Below, piece after piece: positions 46,958 to 61,084 of a stretch of DNA of 64,000 bases. Source of the stretch: the human T2T-CHM13v2.0 reference genome, Homo sapiens. Location of the stretch: NCBI RefSeq assembly GCF_009914755.1, contig NC_060927.1; one strand, given 5' to 3'. The translations under genes and the position numbers were made by a program. Every line of letters starts with the position of its first letter. Position 1 is the stretch's first letter. The notes beneath the pieces were generated by a model. The model was given only the letters and a program-made list of their open reading frames with translations. It made no database searches and had not been told where the DNA came from.

Positions 46958-47406
46958 TGTGAACCCTCAAAATGAGACAAGTCTCAATCAATTTAGGAAG
47001 TTTATTTTACCAAAGCTAAGGACGCACTCCTGTGATACAGCCTCAGGAAATCCTGACGACGTGTGCCCAAGGTGGTTGGAGCACAGCTTGCTTTTATACA
47101 TTTTAGGGAGACATGAAACATCAATCAACATATGTAAGATGAACATTGGTTCCCTCCGGAAAGGCAGAATAACTTGAAGCAGGGAGGGGGCTTCCAGGTC
47201 ATAGGTAGATAAGAGACAAATGGTTGCATTCTTTTGAGTTGCTGATTAGCTTCTCCAAAGGGGCCAGCAGAATATGCATTTATCTCAGTGAGCAGAGGGG
47301 TGACTTTGAATAGAATGGGAGGCAGGTTTGCCTTAAGCAGTTCCCAGCTTGATTTTTCCCTTTAGCTTAGTGATTTTGGGGCCCCAAGATTTATTTTCCT
47401 TTCACA
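46958..47406 (-). mobile_element. MER4A-type solo LTR
   Basis: Reverse complement of the LTRs at 29540/33346; perfect TSD CACC. Confidence 0.9.
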
Positions 47407-47608
47407 CACCTAAGGACTTTGTATCCTCTTCTGGGAAAAGGATTAGTGCAGTAGGATGCAGTTGTAGCAAGGATAGTTGTGTCATGTTAGACAGAACTAC
47501 GATCTTGTTATTGTCTTTACTTGAAGGTGAAGTATGATTTAAGGAGAGATGTGTGGGTCCCAGATTGACAAGGAGCAGACTGGTGATGATTAATTTTACA
47601 TGTCAACT

Positions 47609-47702
47609 TGGCAGGAGTGAAAATTGTAAATTCTTTTTCTGTAAAGGTTTTATTATGCAGAGGAGGGGCTCAGTCCTTGGCAGCTGCTTTCCTCATGGCG
47701 GC
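47609..47702 (-). pseudogene. ~95-bp copy of the 3' end of the neighbouring RPL36 pseudogene
   Basis: Encodes AAMRKAAAKD-stop with AATAAA; matches 52917-53017. Confidence 0.85.
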
Positions 47703-47727
47703 TCAGTACCCAGATATTTGGTCAAAC

Positions 47728-48305
47728 TGATAGCCACGGGATGCAGCCAAATGCATTGGCAGGTGGGGGTGGGTCCCTGGTGAAACCCCACCTTCCAGCC
47801 AAAAACAGAGCTGAAAGGCTGGACTGCTGGTCCCAGACGAAACCCACGACTCAGACTTAGAACTTCTGTTCCTGTTTGCCCACCCTTTCCTGATTGATTC
47901 TTTCTGAATAATGCCTTTTAACCAGTTGAATGTTGCCTTTTCCAATACTACCTATGGCCTGCCCCTCCCCTATTCTGAGCCCATAAAAAGCCCCAGACCC
48001 AGCCACTTGGGGAGGTGAGAACCACCCGACTGTGGGGCTGGGGGGCCACCCCCTATGTCCCCTCTCCGCTGATAGCCATTCCGTCACTCAATAAAATTCT
48101 TCTCCACCCCCATCACCCTTCAATGTCCAGTATATCCTCATTCTTCTTGGTGTGGTACAAGAGCTCGGGAACCATTGAATGCAGGTACAACCTATAACAC
48201 AGGCAAGCTGGGGCATGCCAGCCTGGCTGAGGGAGGTCTGGACAGGACATCGCCAGCTGGGGGTTTCCAGCTTGCAAAGTGACCAAGAACAAAAATCCTA
48301 CCTCA
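47728..48305 (+). mobile_element. ERV1 solo LTR (LTR27/28-like) in MLT2
   Basis: TGATAGCC ... AAAATCCTACCTCA; perfect TSD AAAC; MLT2 resumes afterwards. Confidence 0.75.
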
Positions 48306-48555
48306 AAACATTATTCTGGTTGTTTTTGTGAAGGTGTTTTTTGAATGAGATTTGACTGATGGAATTTGAGTAAAGCAGTTACCTCTATAATCTGGGTGGA
48401 TTTCTTCCAATCAGCTAAAGGCCTTAATGGAAAAAGACTGACTTCCCCAGGAAAGGAAGAAATTCTGCAAGCAGACTGCCTTCAGATTCAAACTGTAACT
48501 CCTCCCTGAGTCTCCAGGGTCTTAGCCTACTCTACAGATTTTGGACTTACCATGC

Positions 48556-49119
48556 TGTTACAGGAAAGGGGTCCCAATCCAGACCCCAGGAGCAGGTTCT
48601 TGGATATCATGCAAGGAAGAACTCAAGGTAAGTCCATAGAGTAAAATGAAAGCTAGTTCATTAGGAAAGTAAATGATTTTTAAAAATGGCTACCCCATAG
48701 GCAGAACAGCCCTGAGGGCTGCTGGTTGCTTTTTTTTTTTTTTTTTTTTTTTGGCTATTTCTTGATGATATGCTAAACTAGGGGTGGACTATTCATGCCT
48801 CCCCTTTTTAGACAATTTAGGGTAACTTCCTGATGTTGCCATGACATTTGTAAACTGTCATGGCGGTGGTGGGAGTGTAGCAGTGAGGACCACCAGAGGT
48901 CACTCTCATGGCCATTTTGATTTTGGTGGGATTTAGCCGGCTCCTTTACTGCAACCTGTTTTATCAGCAAGGTCTTTATGACGTGTATCTTGTGACCTCC
49001 TATCTCATCCTGTGACTTAGAATGCCTAACCATCTGGGAATGCAGCCCAGTAGGTCTTGGCCTTATTTTACCCAGCCCCTATTCAAGATGGAGTTGCTGT
49101 GGTTCAAATGCCTCTGACA
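48556..49119 (-). mobile_element. MER41 solo LTR (MER41A-like) in MLT2
   Basis: Reverse of TGTCAGAGGCATTTGAACC..CTCCATCTTGAATAGGGGCTGGGTAAAATAAGG; TSD ATGC/AAGC. Confidence 0.85.
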
Positions 49120-49176
49120 AAGCCTCTACAGTCGTATGAGACAATTTCTAAACTCTCTCTTTCTGTCTCTCTCTCT

Positions 49177-49225
<49 letters not shown>

Positions 49226-49544
49226 CACCACTGTATATAGACTGGTTCTGTTTCTTTGGGGAACTCTGACTGATATACTCACTCAGTGTGGTCTGCTTCC
49301 TAGACTGGAGTCTGATACAACGTTGAAATAGATTCCTCTGCTGTGGAATTGGTCTGTCTGCGACCTGGAGCATAAGTCAGGTAGGGGCCTGGTCTCAGGC
49401 CAAACAGGACATGTGAAACTTGCTTTTCACCCCCTCCACCCCCTGGGGTCTCTGTAGTCCCTGCCATCCAGGTGCTCACAGCCCAAGGAAGGGAACAGAC
49501 ACATCCGCAGCTTCCTCCCTTCCAGGACAGCTTGGGCCCAGTGA

Positions 49545-49745
49545 GGCAAGTGAGGCATAGCCATGGAGCTCTGGGACGGGGAAGGAACTACTCCTCCAGC
49601 GTGGGGAGGGTCATGTAAATTAGGCAAAGCCATGGAGCTCTGGGATGGGGAGGGAACTACTCCTCCAGCTTGGGGAGGGTGATGTAAATTAGGCGTAGCC
49701 ATGGAGCTCTCAACGGGGAGGGAGCTACTCCTTCAGGTTGGGGCG
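49545..49745. repeat. 69-bp tandem repeat, ~3 copies
   Basis: CCATGGAGCTCT recurs at 49561, 49630 and 49699. Confidence 0.92.
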
Positions 49746-51063
49746 GGGAGGAGGGTAAGCTGCAGGAGACAAGGATGGCCAGGGAAGCTTAGTCCACGTT
49801 CACCGGCCTTTGTTCAGAGGGCACTGGAGGTGCATTAACTTTACACAAAAGCATCTCAAAGACCAAAAAGCCCTCAAGACCTAAAGAAGTGAGTCTCAAA
49901 TGGTGGTGTTCCAGGTTCCTGAAAGAGATATTTTGAACAATGGGGCCTTCCCAAGCATCCCCCAGACCAAAACATATTATTAATTGGCAAAAAGAGAAAA
50001 AGAAGATCTCAATTAAATAAAAAGGAGCATGACTACTTTCAGTGTCATCCTTCCTTCTCTCACCATTGTCTACCAGCTCCGTCATTACCCGTTTTCCTCA
50101 AAGATGTTTGCTTCAGCCTCTCCCATCCTTTCCCCTCCCTTCTCCCCGTTCAGTCACCCAGACGCTCTCCTGTTCACCACTTACACGCAGCTCCCTGGTG
50201 CATCCCTCTGCACCCAGCATTACAGGGAGGCCGGGGGAGGAGCTAGCAAGGACCGGATCACCAGGGGGTTGCTGTCAGGACTACCCTTTCCAGCAGCTCC
50301 AGGTGGTACCTTGGGACCTGCCCAAAGGCAAACACTTGGAGAAGGTTCTGTCTCAGGAGGGTGATGCAGGCTGTGAACAGGGTGTCCGCTGTGGCCTGAG
50401 CCAGTGGCCAGACTGGAAGGAGGAGAAATGAAGAAGCTGAAGAGAAGAGACTGGGGAATGGCTGTGGGGGAGGCTGGGGAGCTTATCTCCTCCAGGTAAT
50501 GTGTCTTCAGGGGCGTCTCTCTGACTCACGGCAGATTCACTGGGTAATGGGTGTGTTCTTAAGGCAACGCAACCACCCAGCAACACGTCTTTTTTAGGAA
50601 GCCCTGGCCAGCCAGGGTATCTCTAGGTTGTCCTGGTTTAGCATTGCCTCCTAGCCGGAGACTTCTTGAGGCTGACTAAAGGTTGCTGGAAGCTTTCTTG
50701 CTTCTTCATCCCTCCTACTTCCTCAGGTTCTGCAGCCAGGCTCCAGTGCAGGAGAAATTCAGCTTCCCTCGCTCAACATCCTGCTTCCTCTCTCCAATCA
50801 TTAGGTCAGGTCTGGGGAGATGAAGGATGTAGGACACAAGTTGGGGTCAATTAGGGGAAGTCAAGGAGAGTATGGGGCATGAGGAATGCACAATAGGGAT
50901 ATTGGGGAGAGCTGGAAACAAAAGACCACCAGATTGAGTAGCCTAGTCTCCCAGTGCTGACTGAGCTAGAAGGCAAGGCTCAACTGGCAGTGGGAAGAGA
51001 AGTGAGTTCAGACATGCCAGGCTGTCCTTAGAGGTTATCCCTTGAATGGCTGCGTATCATCCT

Positions 51064-51201
51064 CATGATGTGAGGCTGTGGCTGCCACAGCAGGGGAGCG
51101 TGGAAACCGTGCTTGCAGGAAGAGTGTGTTCTTCACGATGTGAGGCTGTGGCTGCCATAGCAGGGGCCCGTGGAAACCATGCTTGCAGGAAGAGTGTGTT
51201 C
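51064..51201. repeat. 70-bp tandem duplication
   Basis: GATGTGAGGCTGTGGCTGCC recurs at 51067 and 51137. Confidence 0.92.
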
Positions 51202-51685
51202 TGACAAGCAGAGGCTGGCTCAGGAGATAAGCCCCCACCCCCACACAAAAATAATAGAGCTCCATCCAGAGTTGAGGGGACTGCAGCCAGAAGGCAGAGT
51301 TCAGAGTCATATCCCAAAGGGTGCCAAAGAGAGACATCCCATCAAGACACTGCAATGGCGAGGACAAAAGGCAGGAAAAAGAAATGAAGTATAAATAAAA
51401 GAAGACAAACCACCATTACTCAGGTACTAACTAGTATTATTAACCCAGAATATTTAGGAAAGTCAGCGCTAAAATTATTAGAATAATAATGGAATTCAGG
51501 AAATTGGTTGAATACAAAACAAATGCAGGGAAAAATTAAAAGCTTTCCCATTCAGAATATATAGTAGAAGAAATGATGAAAGTCACAATGGTAATAAAAC
51601 CTAAAGACAACAAGAAAATGTAGAGTCATAAAGAATGTATGTCATCACTGAGAGACATGAAAGATGGATTGAAAATAAGGAGATG

Positions 51686-51995
51686 GGCCGGGCGCGGTGG
51701 CTCACACCTGTAATCCCAGCACTTTGGGAGGCCAAGGTGGGCAGATCACCTGAGGTCGGGAGTTCCAGACCAGCCTGACCAACATGGAAAAACCCCATGT
51801 CTACTAAAAATACAAAAACTAGCTGGGCGTGTTGGCACATACCCGTAATCCCAGCCACTTGGGAGGCTGAGGCAGGAGAGTCTCTTGAATCCGGGAGGCA
51901 GAGGTTGTGGTGAGCCGAGATCATGCAACTGCACTCAGCCTGGGCGACAAAGTTAGACTCCGTGTCAAAAAAAAAGAAAGAAAGAAAGGAAAAAG
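51686..51995 (+). mobile_element. Alu
   Basis: TSD GAAAATAAGGAGAT. Confidence 0.95.
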
Positions 51996-52936
51996 AAAAA
52001 TAAGGAGATATACCATGTTTTCAGATAGGAAAGCAACACTATAAAAGATGGATCTCCCCCCCATATTTATCTAGAATTCAGTGCAGCTTGGAGGTGGGAG
52101 TGGCAGAAGGAAATGTGATCAATTGATTCTGATGGATAAATATGCAAAATTATGCAGGAAAACATTTTAAAATGCATCATAAGATAAAAACATACTACAA
52201 AACTACGCTAATTAGACAAGTATGTAAAAACATTTTTTGAAATAAAACTTTTTTAATTAAAAAGACAATGACATGGTGCCGGTACGTGTATAGAAAAAGC
52301 AGATTAATGAAACAAATAGGCAGTTCACAAACAGATCCACAAATTAATGAAAATTTAATACACAAGTAGAGTGGCATTACCAATGAAAAAGATTGTTTAA
52401 TGGCGTAGAAACAATTGTACATTTATATATCACACACATAATAAATTCTACATGAATTAAAGATCAAAAAATAAAAACTAAGACTATAAAAATACTATGA
52501 GAAAATATAAGAGACTATTTCTATAGTCTTGAGGTTGGAAAGGATTTGCTAACTCTGACACAATATCCAGGACACATGGAAGCGAAAGATTAGACGACTC
52601 AAAAACCTAAACTTTTGTGCAAGAGCGCTACCATTCACATCATTGCCAGGGAGAAAACATTTGCAACGTACATAAAAGATAAGAGTTAAAAATTCACAAA
52701 CGTAAAGTGTTTCTACATATGAATAAGAAAAAGAGAAACAAACTAATTGAGAAAATACACAAAGGATAAATAAATCACAAAAAAGAAAAGCATCGCTAAT
52801 AAACCTAAGAAGACACACTGAATTATGATGAATCATAATTTTAAAAACGCAAAATAAAAAAATTTTTGGCAATCAAATTGGTGAAGATGAAAAACACTGG
52901 AGAGACAATGAGGTGCTGGCAGGAGTGAAAATTGCC

Positions 52937-53303
52937 ATCTTTTGTTCTGTAAAAAAAGGTTTTGTTATGCAGAGCAAGGGGAGCTCAGTCCTTGGCAGCT
53001 GCTTTCCTCATTGTGGCCAGGACGTCACTCAGCTCCTCTCACCTCCTCTTGGTGTGGATGTGTGTCCCCACCCTTTTCTTGATGAACTTGAGGGCCCATT
53101 TGTCTTTGGAGACCTTGAGCAACTCCATGGCATGCCGCGCATTCAGGGCAAAGCCACGCACCTCTCAGATCATGTCCTGCTGAACTTGGTGAGTGTGCCT
53201 GAGCTTGCTTACGTTGCTGATCACCTGTGCCCTCGCTGAGGCCCTCAGCCACGGGGTAGTACAGAGCCATGGCTGCTGCTCTCCGATGGCTGATGTGTTG
53301 GAA
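52937..53303 (-). pseudogene. Processed pseudogene of ribosomal protein L36 (RPL36)
   Basis: ATG at 53270 (MALYYPVAEGL), later [43 protein letters not shown] (stop 52985-52987); intronless, frameshifts, two in-frame TGA; 5' pyrimidine tract; decayed poly(A); degenerate TSD GAGTGAAAA(TT/CC)G. Confidence 0.93.
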
Positions 53304-54181
53304 GAGTGAAAACCGCAATAGGTTTTGAAAATAATTTAGCAGCATGCATGATACCCATTGACTCAGCAATTCCATTCTAGGACTCTAGCCTACAAAAATA
53401 GTAACATGTGTCACAAAGATGTGCATACATAGGTATTCGATGCAACAGAAAAAAATGGAAAATAACTTAATGATGGAATGTTTAAAGAAATGATGGTCCA
53501 TCTATACCAAAAATATCATCTGCCCATCAGGCTGCTCTTCTGGGATGGCCCTTCCTTGCATCCTGGCCTTCTCCATGCCCCAACCCTTTGTACCTGATTC
53601 TTGTTGGAACGACTCTACCTTCCTGGCCCCAGCTGATTAATTCTAGTGTTCCCTTGATCCATGGCAGGCCAATCAGAGCCAATGAGAAAGAGCCAATCTA
53701 AAGATATATAATATTAAGCTCAGAAGGGATCCTGAGCTCAAGATAGGAGGCCTCTTAGAAACCACATTCCCCCCGACCCGTTCACTGAGGCACCAAAAAA
53801 AATATCCATCAAGATTCTCCAAGGTAATCAGAGGAGCAAAAAATTTGACATTTGGGGAATAAGGCGGCCCCAACTCTCACCTCCAGAGTTCCCCTCCCCG
53901 TAGGTATCCCCCTGCATTGCTACTACCACCCCAAGCTGTCCTCAGGAGGGACTGCTCTCCACTACCTTTCCACCCAGGCACAGGTGCAGACCTCATTTGA
54001 ATGGGGTCTGGGAGAGCAGAGTTGTTCTGAAACCAGGCTAAGACATTTGTGCAGTCTTGGCCAAAGGCTCAGAGCTAACTGAAGGGAATCTCACACATGT
54101 GGTAAGGCAGCCTCTGATTCTGGAGGTGATAGCAATGGAGGGACCTGAGAGATGCCACAAGCACAGCCTAATGCGGAGAAG

Positions 54182-54778
54182 TTCCTGGGGACAGCCACTC
54201 CGATCTACGCCCATCTTTCCTGGGGTCAGCCACTCCGATCCACGCCCATCTTTCCTGGGGTCAGCCACTCCTATCTACGCCCATCTTTCCTGGGGACAGC
54301 CACTCCTATCTACGCCCATCTTTCCAGGGGACAGCCACTCCTATCTGCGCCCATCTTTCCTGGGGTCAGCCACTCCTATCCACGCCCATCTTTCCTGGGG
54401 ACAGCCACTCCTATCCACGCCCATCTTTCCTGGGGTCAGCCACTCCGATCTACGCCCATCTTTCCTGGGGTCAGCCACTCCTATCTACGCCCATCTTTCC
54501 TGGGGACAGCCACTCCGATCTACGCCCATCTTTCCTGGGGACAGCCACTCCGATCTACGCCCATCTTTCCTGGGGACAGCCACTCCTATCTACGCCCATC
54601 TTTCCTGGGGACAGCCACTCCTATCCACGCCCATCTTTCCTGGGGTCAGCCACTCCTATCTACGCCCATCTTTCCTGGGGTCAGCCACTCCTATCCACGC
54701 CCATCTTTCCTGGGGACAGCCACTCCTATCTACGCCCATCTTTCCTGGGGACAGCCACTCCTATCTATGCCCATCTTT
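54182..54778. repeat. Minisatellite/VNTR, 35-bp unit x17 (TTTCCTGGGG[A/T]CAGCCACTCC[T/G]ATC[T/C]ACGCCCATC)
   Basis: Exact 35-bp period from 54191 to 54751. Confidence 0.98.
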
Positions 54779-55015
54779 ACCTAAGCTTTTGGGATTTCTC
54801 TAGCATTTCTGCTCCCTGAGGCTGGGTGAGACAAAAAGCAAGTGTTCTCTTTTTCCTGGTTCTGAGGGCAGAAAGCCAAAGGCAAGCCCTGAAGAACGGT
54901 AGAGCCCACTCTTCCTGGCTGTTCTTTACTATCTGTCAGTTCTCTGAGGGAAAGGATCTTCAAGGAAAGCACATCACAGGGACAAAGTTGTGAAAAAGTT
55001 CTACTCTGGAGTCTA

Positions 55016-55345
<330 letters not shown>

Positions 55346-55441
55346 TCAGTAGATCTACACACTTCTCAAGTCAAAAAGTGGTATCCAGTTCCTGCCACTA
55401 CCTAGCTGTGTGGCCTTAAGCCTCTCCCACTGGACCTCTAG

Positions 55442-55814
<373 letters not shown>

Positions 55815-56434
55815 TGATTCCCACCATTTTTTGCCAGCCTGATGCCTGTTCAAGTCCCCAGGAGATGCGTATCTTGGGCACGTGAGCTGGAGACAAGACA
55901 GAAAGCCTGAAAGGAGCCGAGCATCCATTCCCAATAGGAAGCAGCGCTTGGGAGAAACTGCAGTGAACCAAACCGGTGAGAGGCTGGAGCTCTCCACCTA
56001 ACTGATAATCAAGCTGCACGTTGAGTTAATTGTCTAATTAAATATCATCTAACAATTTATCACCGAACATTTTAGGTACATAAGACTCCCTCAAATATCA
56101 TGAGCTTCTGCCGGTGAGGAGTGACTTGCCGTATTTGCAGTCGTAATTGCTTTGCCACTCTGCTAGGAGAAATTAATCTGACTGTGACAACTTAGTTTTG
56201 GCCAGGAACAGTAACACATTCCATCTAATGGACTTAAATTAATTAGAATCAGGCTTTGCAAGATGCCTCTAAAATCTATGGCTGAACAAATACGGGTGCC
56301 ACACAGTGGTGGACACTTGTTCTCTTAATAAAATTACTGTATAAAAATGCACCATTTTGCTTCCGAATGCTCAATGGAATTTAAAGCGGTAGCAACCTCA
56401 GTCCTTACAGGGTGTTTATAACCTTGCTTCTTGA

Positions 56435-56795
<361 letters not shown>

Positions 56796-57130
56796 AAGCT
56801 AAGTTTTAGAGGTCTTTGAGACCCAGGCCAAAGGACTGCCCTGGAAAAGCAGTGACTCTCTCCAAGATCCAGGTCTACGGTGGCAGGGCCAGCTGGCAGG
56901 AGAGTCAGGGCTTGGCAGCTTCTTCTGCAAGATGCATCTGTGCTTCCTGCCACTACCAAGCCACCTGGCTCCTGAACGATGTAGCCTGTACCATTTACCA
57001 ATGAGCTTTGAATACTCCTGCACTTCTCATGGCATTTGTCCAGAGTCATGCATCTTGACCTGTCCCCAAGTCCATTCTAATCTGTCCTAAACTTCGCAGC
57101 TCGTGTCTTATTTTACTGTCTTTGGACTAA

Positions 57131-57454
<324 letters not shown>

Positions 57455-57949
57455 TAATCTAACTTTCTCTTTAAACCTAATGCTTTTCACCCTTTCTCAC
57501 ATTTTTGCATTCATTCTACCCAACTCCTTCCAGGTGTTCCCAGGCCTTGCAGGTGTTCCCAGCGGTACTGGGGAAGAGGGGCTTCTTATCATGGGAGAGA
57601 TCTCTGAAGCAGAGGGACATCAGGGGCCCTGATCTGAAAGGGAGCATCGGTCCACAGTGAGGTGTCTTAGAGACGATGCAGCAGCAACAGGCCCTCACGT
57701 CTGCCCCCGCTTCTGGGCATCTGCCCCTTACAGAATATCCACATTCCATTGGCCCCAGCACCTCCAGACCAAACACCAACCTTGAAATGTTGTCAGTGAG
57801 ACTTAAGTTTTTCAGGTCCTTGGTAAACACAAAACCACCTGCCTTTTCTATTCCTCCTGCCTCTGTCCTCCTCCTAAAGTCATACTGTCCCTTTTGGGGG
57901 GTCTACAAATACAAATTCTTTCATTTCACTCCCTTACGCCAAAAGGAGA

Positions 57950-59250
57950 GCTTCAGTCATTCAACACAAATTTATTGAGCACTTACTATTTGCCAAGTAT
58001 TAGTCTAAGTACTGGGGATAGCTGGAAAAAAAAAACACACAAATCTGTGCATTTGCGGAGCTTAAATTCTAATGAGGGAGACAGAAAATAAGATAAAGAA
58101 ATGAAGATTAACAGTGCAAATGGTAATAATAAATTCTAAGGATGAAAACAAGAGGGAAAGGAAGATAGGAAGTTACTAGAGATGAAGGGTTGGTGGTGCA
58201 GTTTTAAACAGTCTCAGTCCAAATGCAATATTTGAACAAAGACTTGAAAGAGATGGAGTAGTGAGCCACACAGATATCTGGGGGACAGGAATAGATCCAA
58301 GATTTGTGGGACCCTATGTTGATACAACTTTGAGAGCCTCTTTAAGAAATAGAATATGAAATTATCAATACAAAAGTGGGTACAAGGCCTTGGGAGGGCC
58401 CATGTCGGTAAAGGGTGAGAAGTTTATGCTCCATTAGTCTATTGGTAATTCTGCTTCTGCTGGAGGAAGAGCATCCCATGTAGAGAGAAGAGCAAGTGCT
58501 AATGGCAGGAGCTTGTGCAAGGAGCATGCACCATGAGTTAGAACAGCACCAGGAGGCCAGGGTATCTGGAGTGCACAAATGAGAGGCTGCAGAGGAGGAG
58601 ACATGATCAGAGAGGTAGTGGAAGCCAGATTACATAGGATGTCGCCCAGGTTGAATGCAGTGGCACCATCTCGGCTCATTGCAGCCTTGACCTCCCAGAT
58701 CAAGTAATCCTCCCACCTCACCCTCCTGAGTAACTGGGACTACGGGCAAACACCACTACACCCGGCTAACTTGTTATTTTTTGTAGAGATGGGGTCTCAC
58801 TATGTACCTAGGCTGGTCTCAGACTCCTGGGCTCAAGCGATCCTCCTGCCTGGGCCTCCCAGAGTGCTGGGATTACAGCTGTGAGCCACTGCTCCCAGCC
58901 ACTGGCAGTTTTTGGGCAGGCGAGTAATATGAGCTGACTTTGATTTTAAAAGAATCTGTCTGGCTGCTATTTGGAGAATATGCTGAAGCATGTCAAGGAT
59001 GGAAGCAGGAGACCAGTTAGGAGCTAGTTGGAATAATTTAGGAGAGAGCAGATGGTGGCTCAAGCCAGGGTGCAGGCAGCAGAGGAGTGAGAAGTAGCTC
59101 ATCTGAGCACCCTCAGAAGATACAGTCCACAGGATTTGCTACTGGATCCTTTCTGGGTAAAGGAGAAAGAGAGATATCGAGGATGACTCTGAACATTTTG
59201 TCCTGAGTAACTGGAAGGATGTATTTCCATTAACTGAGAAGAGGGAAATT
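57950..59250. mobile_element. L2 fragments interrupted by AluJ (58640-58901, minus strand)
   Basis: CATTCAACACAAATTTATTGAGCACTTACTA L2 terminus and further L2 tracts. Confidence 0.65.
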
Positions 59251-59556
59251 TGTTTTTGTTTTCATTTTTTGAAACAGAGTCATACTCTGTTGCCCAGGCT
59301 GGAGTGCAGTGGCGTGATCTTGGCTCCCTGCAACCTCTGCCTCCCGGGTTCAAGCGATTCTCTTGCCTCAGCCTCCTGAGTAGCTACAATTACGGGCTCC
59401 CGCCACCACATCCAGCTAATTTTTTTTGTATTTTTTAGTAGAGACGGGGTTTTACCCTGTTGGCCAGGCTGATCTCGAACTTGTGACCTCAGGTGATCCA
59501 CCCTCCTTGGCCTCCCAAAGTGCTGGGATTACAGACGTGAGCCACTGTGTCCGGCC
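59248..59556 (-). mobile_element. Alu
   Basis: Reverse Alu dimer. Confidence 0.95.
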
Positions 59557-59683
59557 TCTTTTTTTTTTTTTTTTTTTTTTATGAGTAGGAATAGGTAATT
59601 ATTAAGCTAGATGTGTCCAGTTTACCAGAAAGGAAATTGAAAGGATTTATAGCATCTATCTTTAACTTGCCAGTCTATCTTCA

Positions 59684-60023
<340 letters not shown>

Positions 60024-61084
60024 TTAAACATTTATCTTTTAAAGAGATTTAGACAATAAGGAAAAGAACTTCTCTATTTACCCACGTAGTTGCTCCTCAT
60101 TCCTTTGTATATACTCGTATTTTCATCTGGTATCATTTCCTTCTGCCTAAAGGACTTCCTTTAACCTTTCTTGTTGTGTGGGCACTTGGGATAAATTCTT
60201 TCAGCTTTTGCATGTCTGGAAAAAAAGACTTCATTCCACCTCCTTCATTTATAAGGGATATTTAAGCTGGTTATGGAATTCTAGTTAACAGGATTTTCTT
60301 TTCTTGCTGTACTTTAAGGGTTTTGCTTAAGGATTTTCTTTCCTTTTGCCTTTTCTTGTCTTGTCTTTTCAACATATGGGGTCTCATGTATTACCCACGC
60401 TGGCCACAACTCCCGGGCTCAAGTCATCTTCCCACCTCAGCCCCCCGAGTTGCTGGGACCATGGTGCGTGCCAATGCACCAGGCTTTCCACTGTTTTCTT
60501 GCTCACGTGTTTTTCCAATGGGAAATCTGGTGTCATCTTAATCATTGTTCATGTATACATCTTTCCTGTTCCTTTGATTCTTTTTAAGGTTCTCTATTGA
60601 ACATTGATTTTAAGCAATTTGATTGCGATGTCCCTTGGTGTCATTTTCTTCACATTTCTTATGCTTGGGGTTCATTGAGCTTCTTGTATTTGTGGGTCTG
60701 TAGTTTTAATCACATTTGGATTTTTTTTTTTTTTGCCATTATTTCTTCCAATATATTTTTCTGTTCTGTCTTACTTTTACTTTCCCTGAAACTGATTTTT
60801 GACTAGTCCATATGTAATGACATGTCTAAAATGTGCTGGAAAAAAGCATGGGTTTTTCTTTAAAGATCTCCCAGTGAGTTAGTTTAGTTGTTTGTTTGTT
60901 TTTTGGCAGTCACATTGGCTAAAGTTAGGTTTAAATATATATATATATAAGTAGAATGTAAATAACTGCTATTCTTAAAAAAGAAGCAGCTGAGGTAAGA
61001 GGATTGTTTGAGGGCAGGAAGTTTGAGAGATCAGCCTGGGCAATGCAATGAGACCCTGTCTCTCCAAAAAAAATTAAAAGTGAG

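Larger units (their letters stand above)
46460..49277 (+). mobile_element. ERVL internal 3' end plus MLT2 LTR (from ~47581), interrupted four times
   Basis: TTGACAAGGAGCAGAC junction to MLT2 start TGGTGATGATTAATTTTACATGTCAACTTG; MLT2 end with (TC)n(CA)n and TTCTTTGGGGAACTCTGACT. Confidence 0.8.
51375..53520 (+). mobile_element. Highly degenerate L1M (ORF2 to 3' UTR) hosting an Alu and the RPL36 pseudogene
   Basis: A-rich L1-like tracts: GGAAAGGATTTGCTAA, GAGAAAACATTTGCAAC, GACTCAGCAATTCCATTCTAGG. Confidence 0.65.

Noticed and set aside
48556-49119. MER41 as an interferon-gamma/STAT1 enhancer
   Set aside because: No TTCCGGGAA GAS motifs visible; the copy looks like the MER41A form lacking them
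54057-54803. 248-aa and 210-aa repetitive ORFs; superficially CRISPR-like 35-bp repeats
   Set aside because: Translation of a stop-free VNTR; units are contiguous with no unique spacers, no cas genes, eukaryotic context
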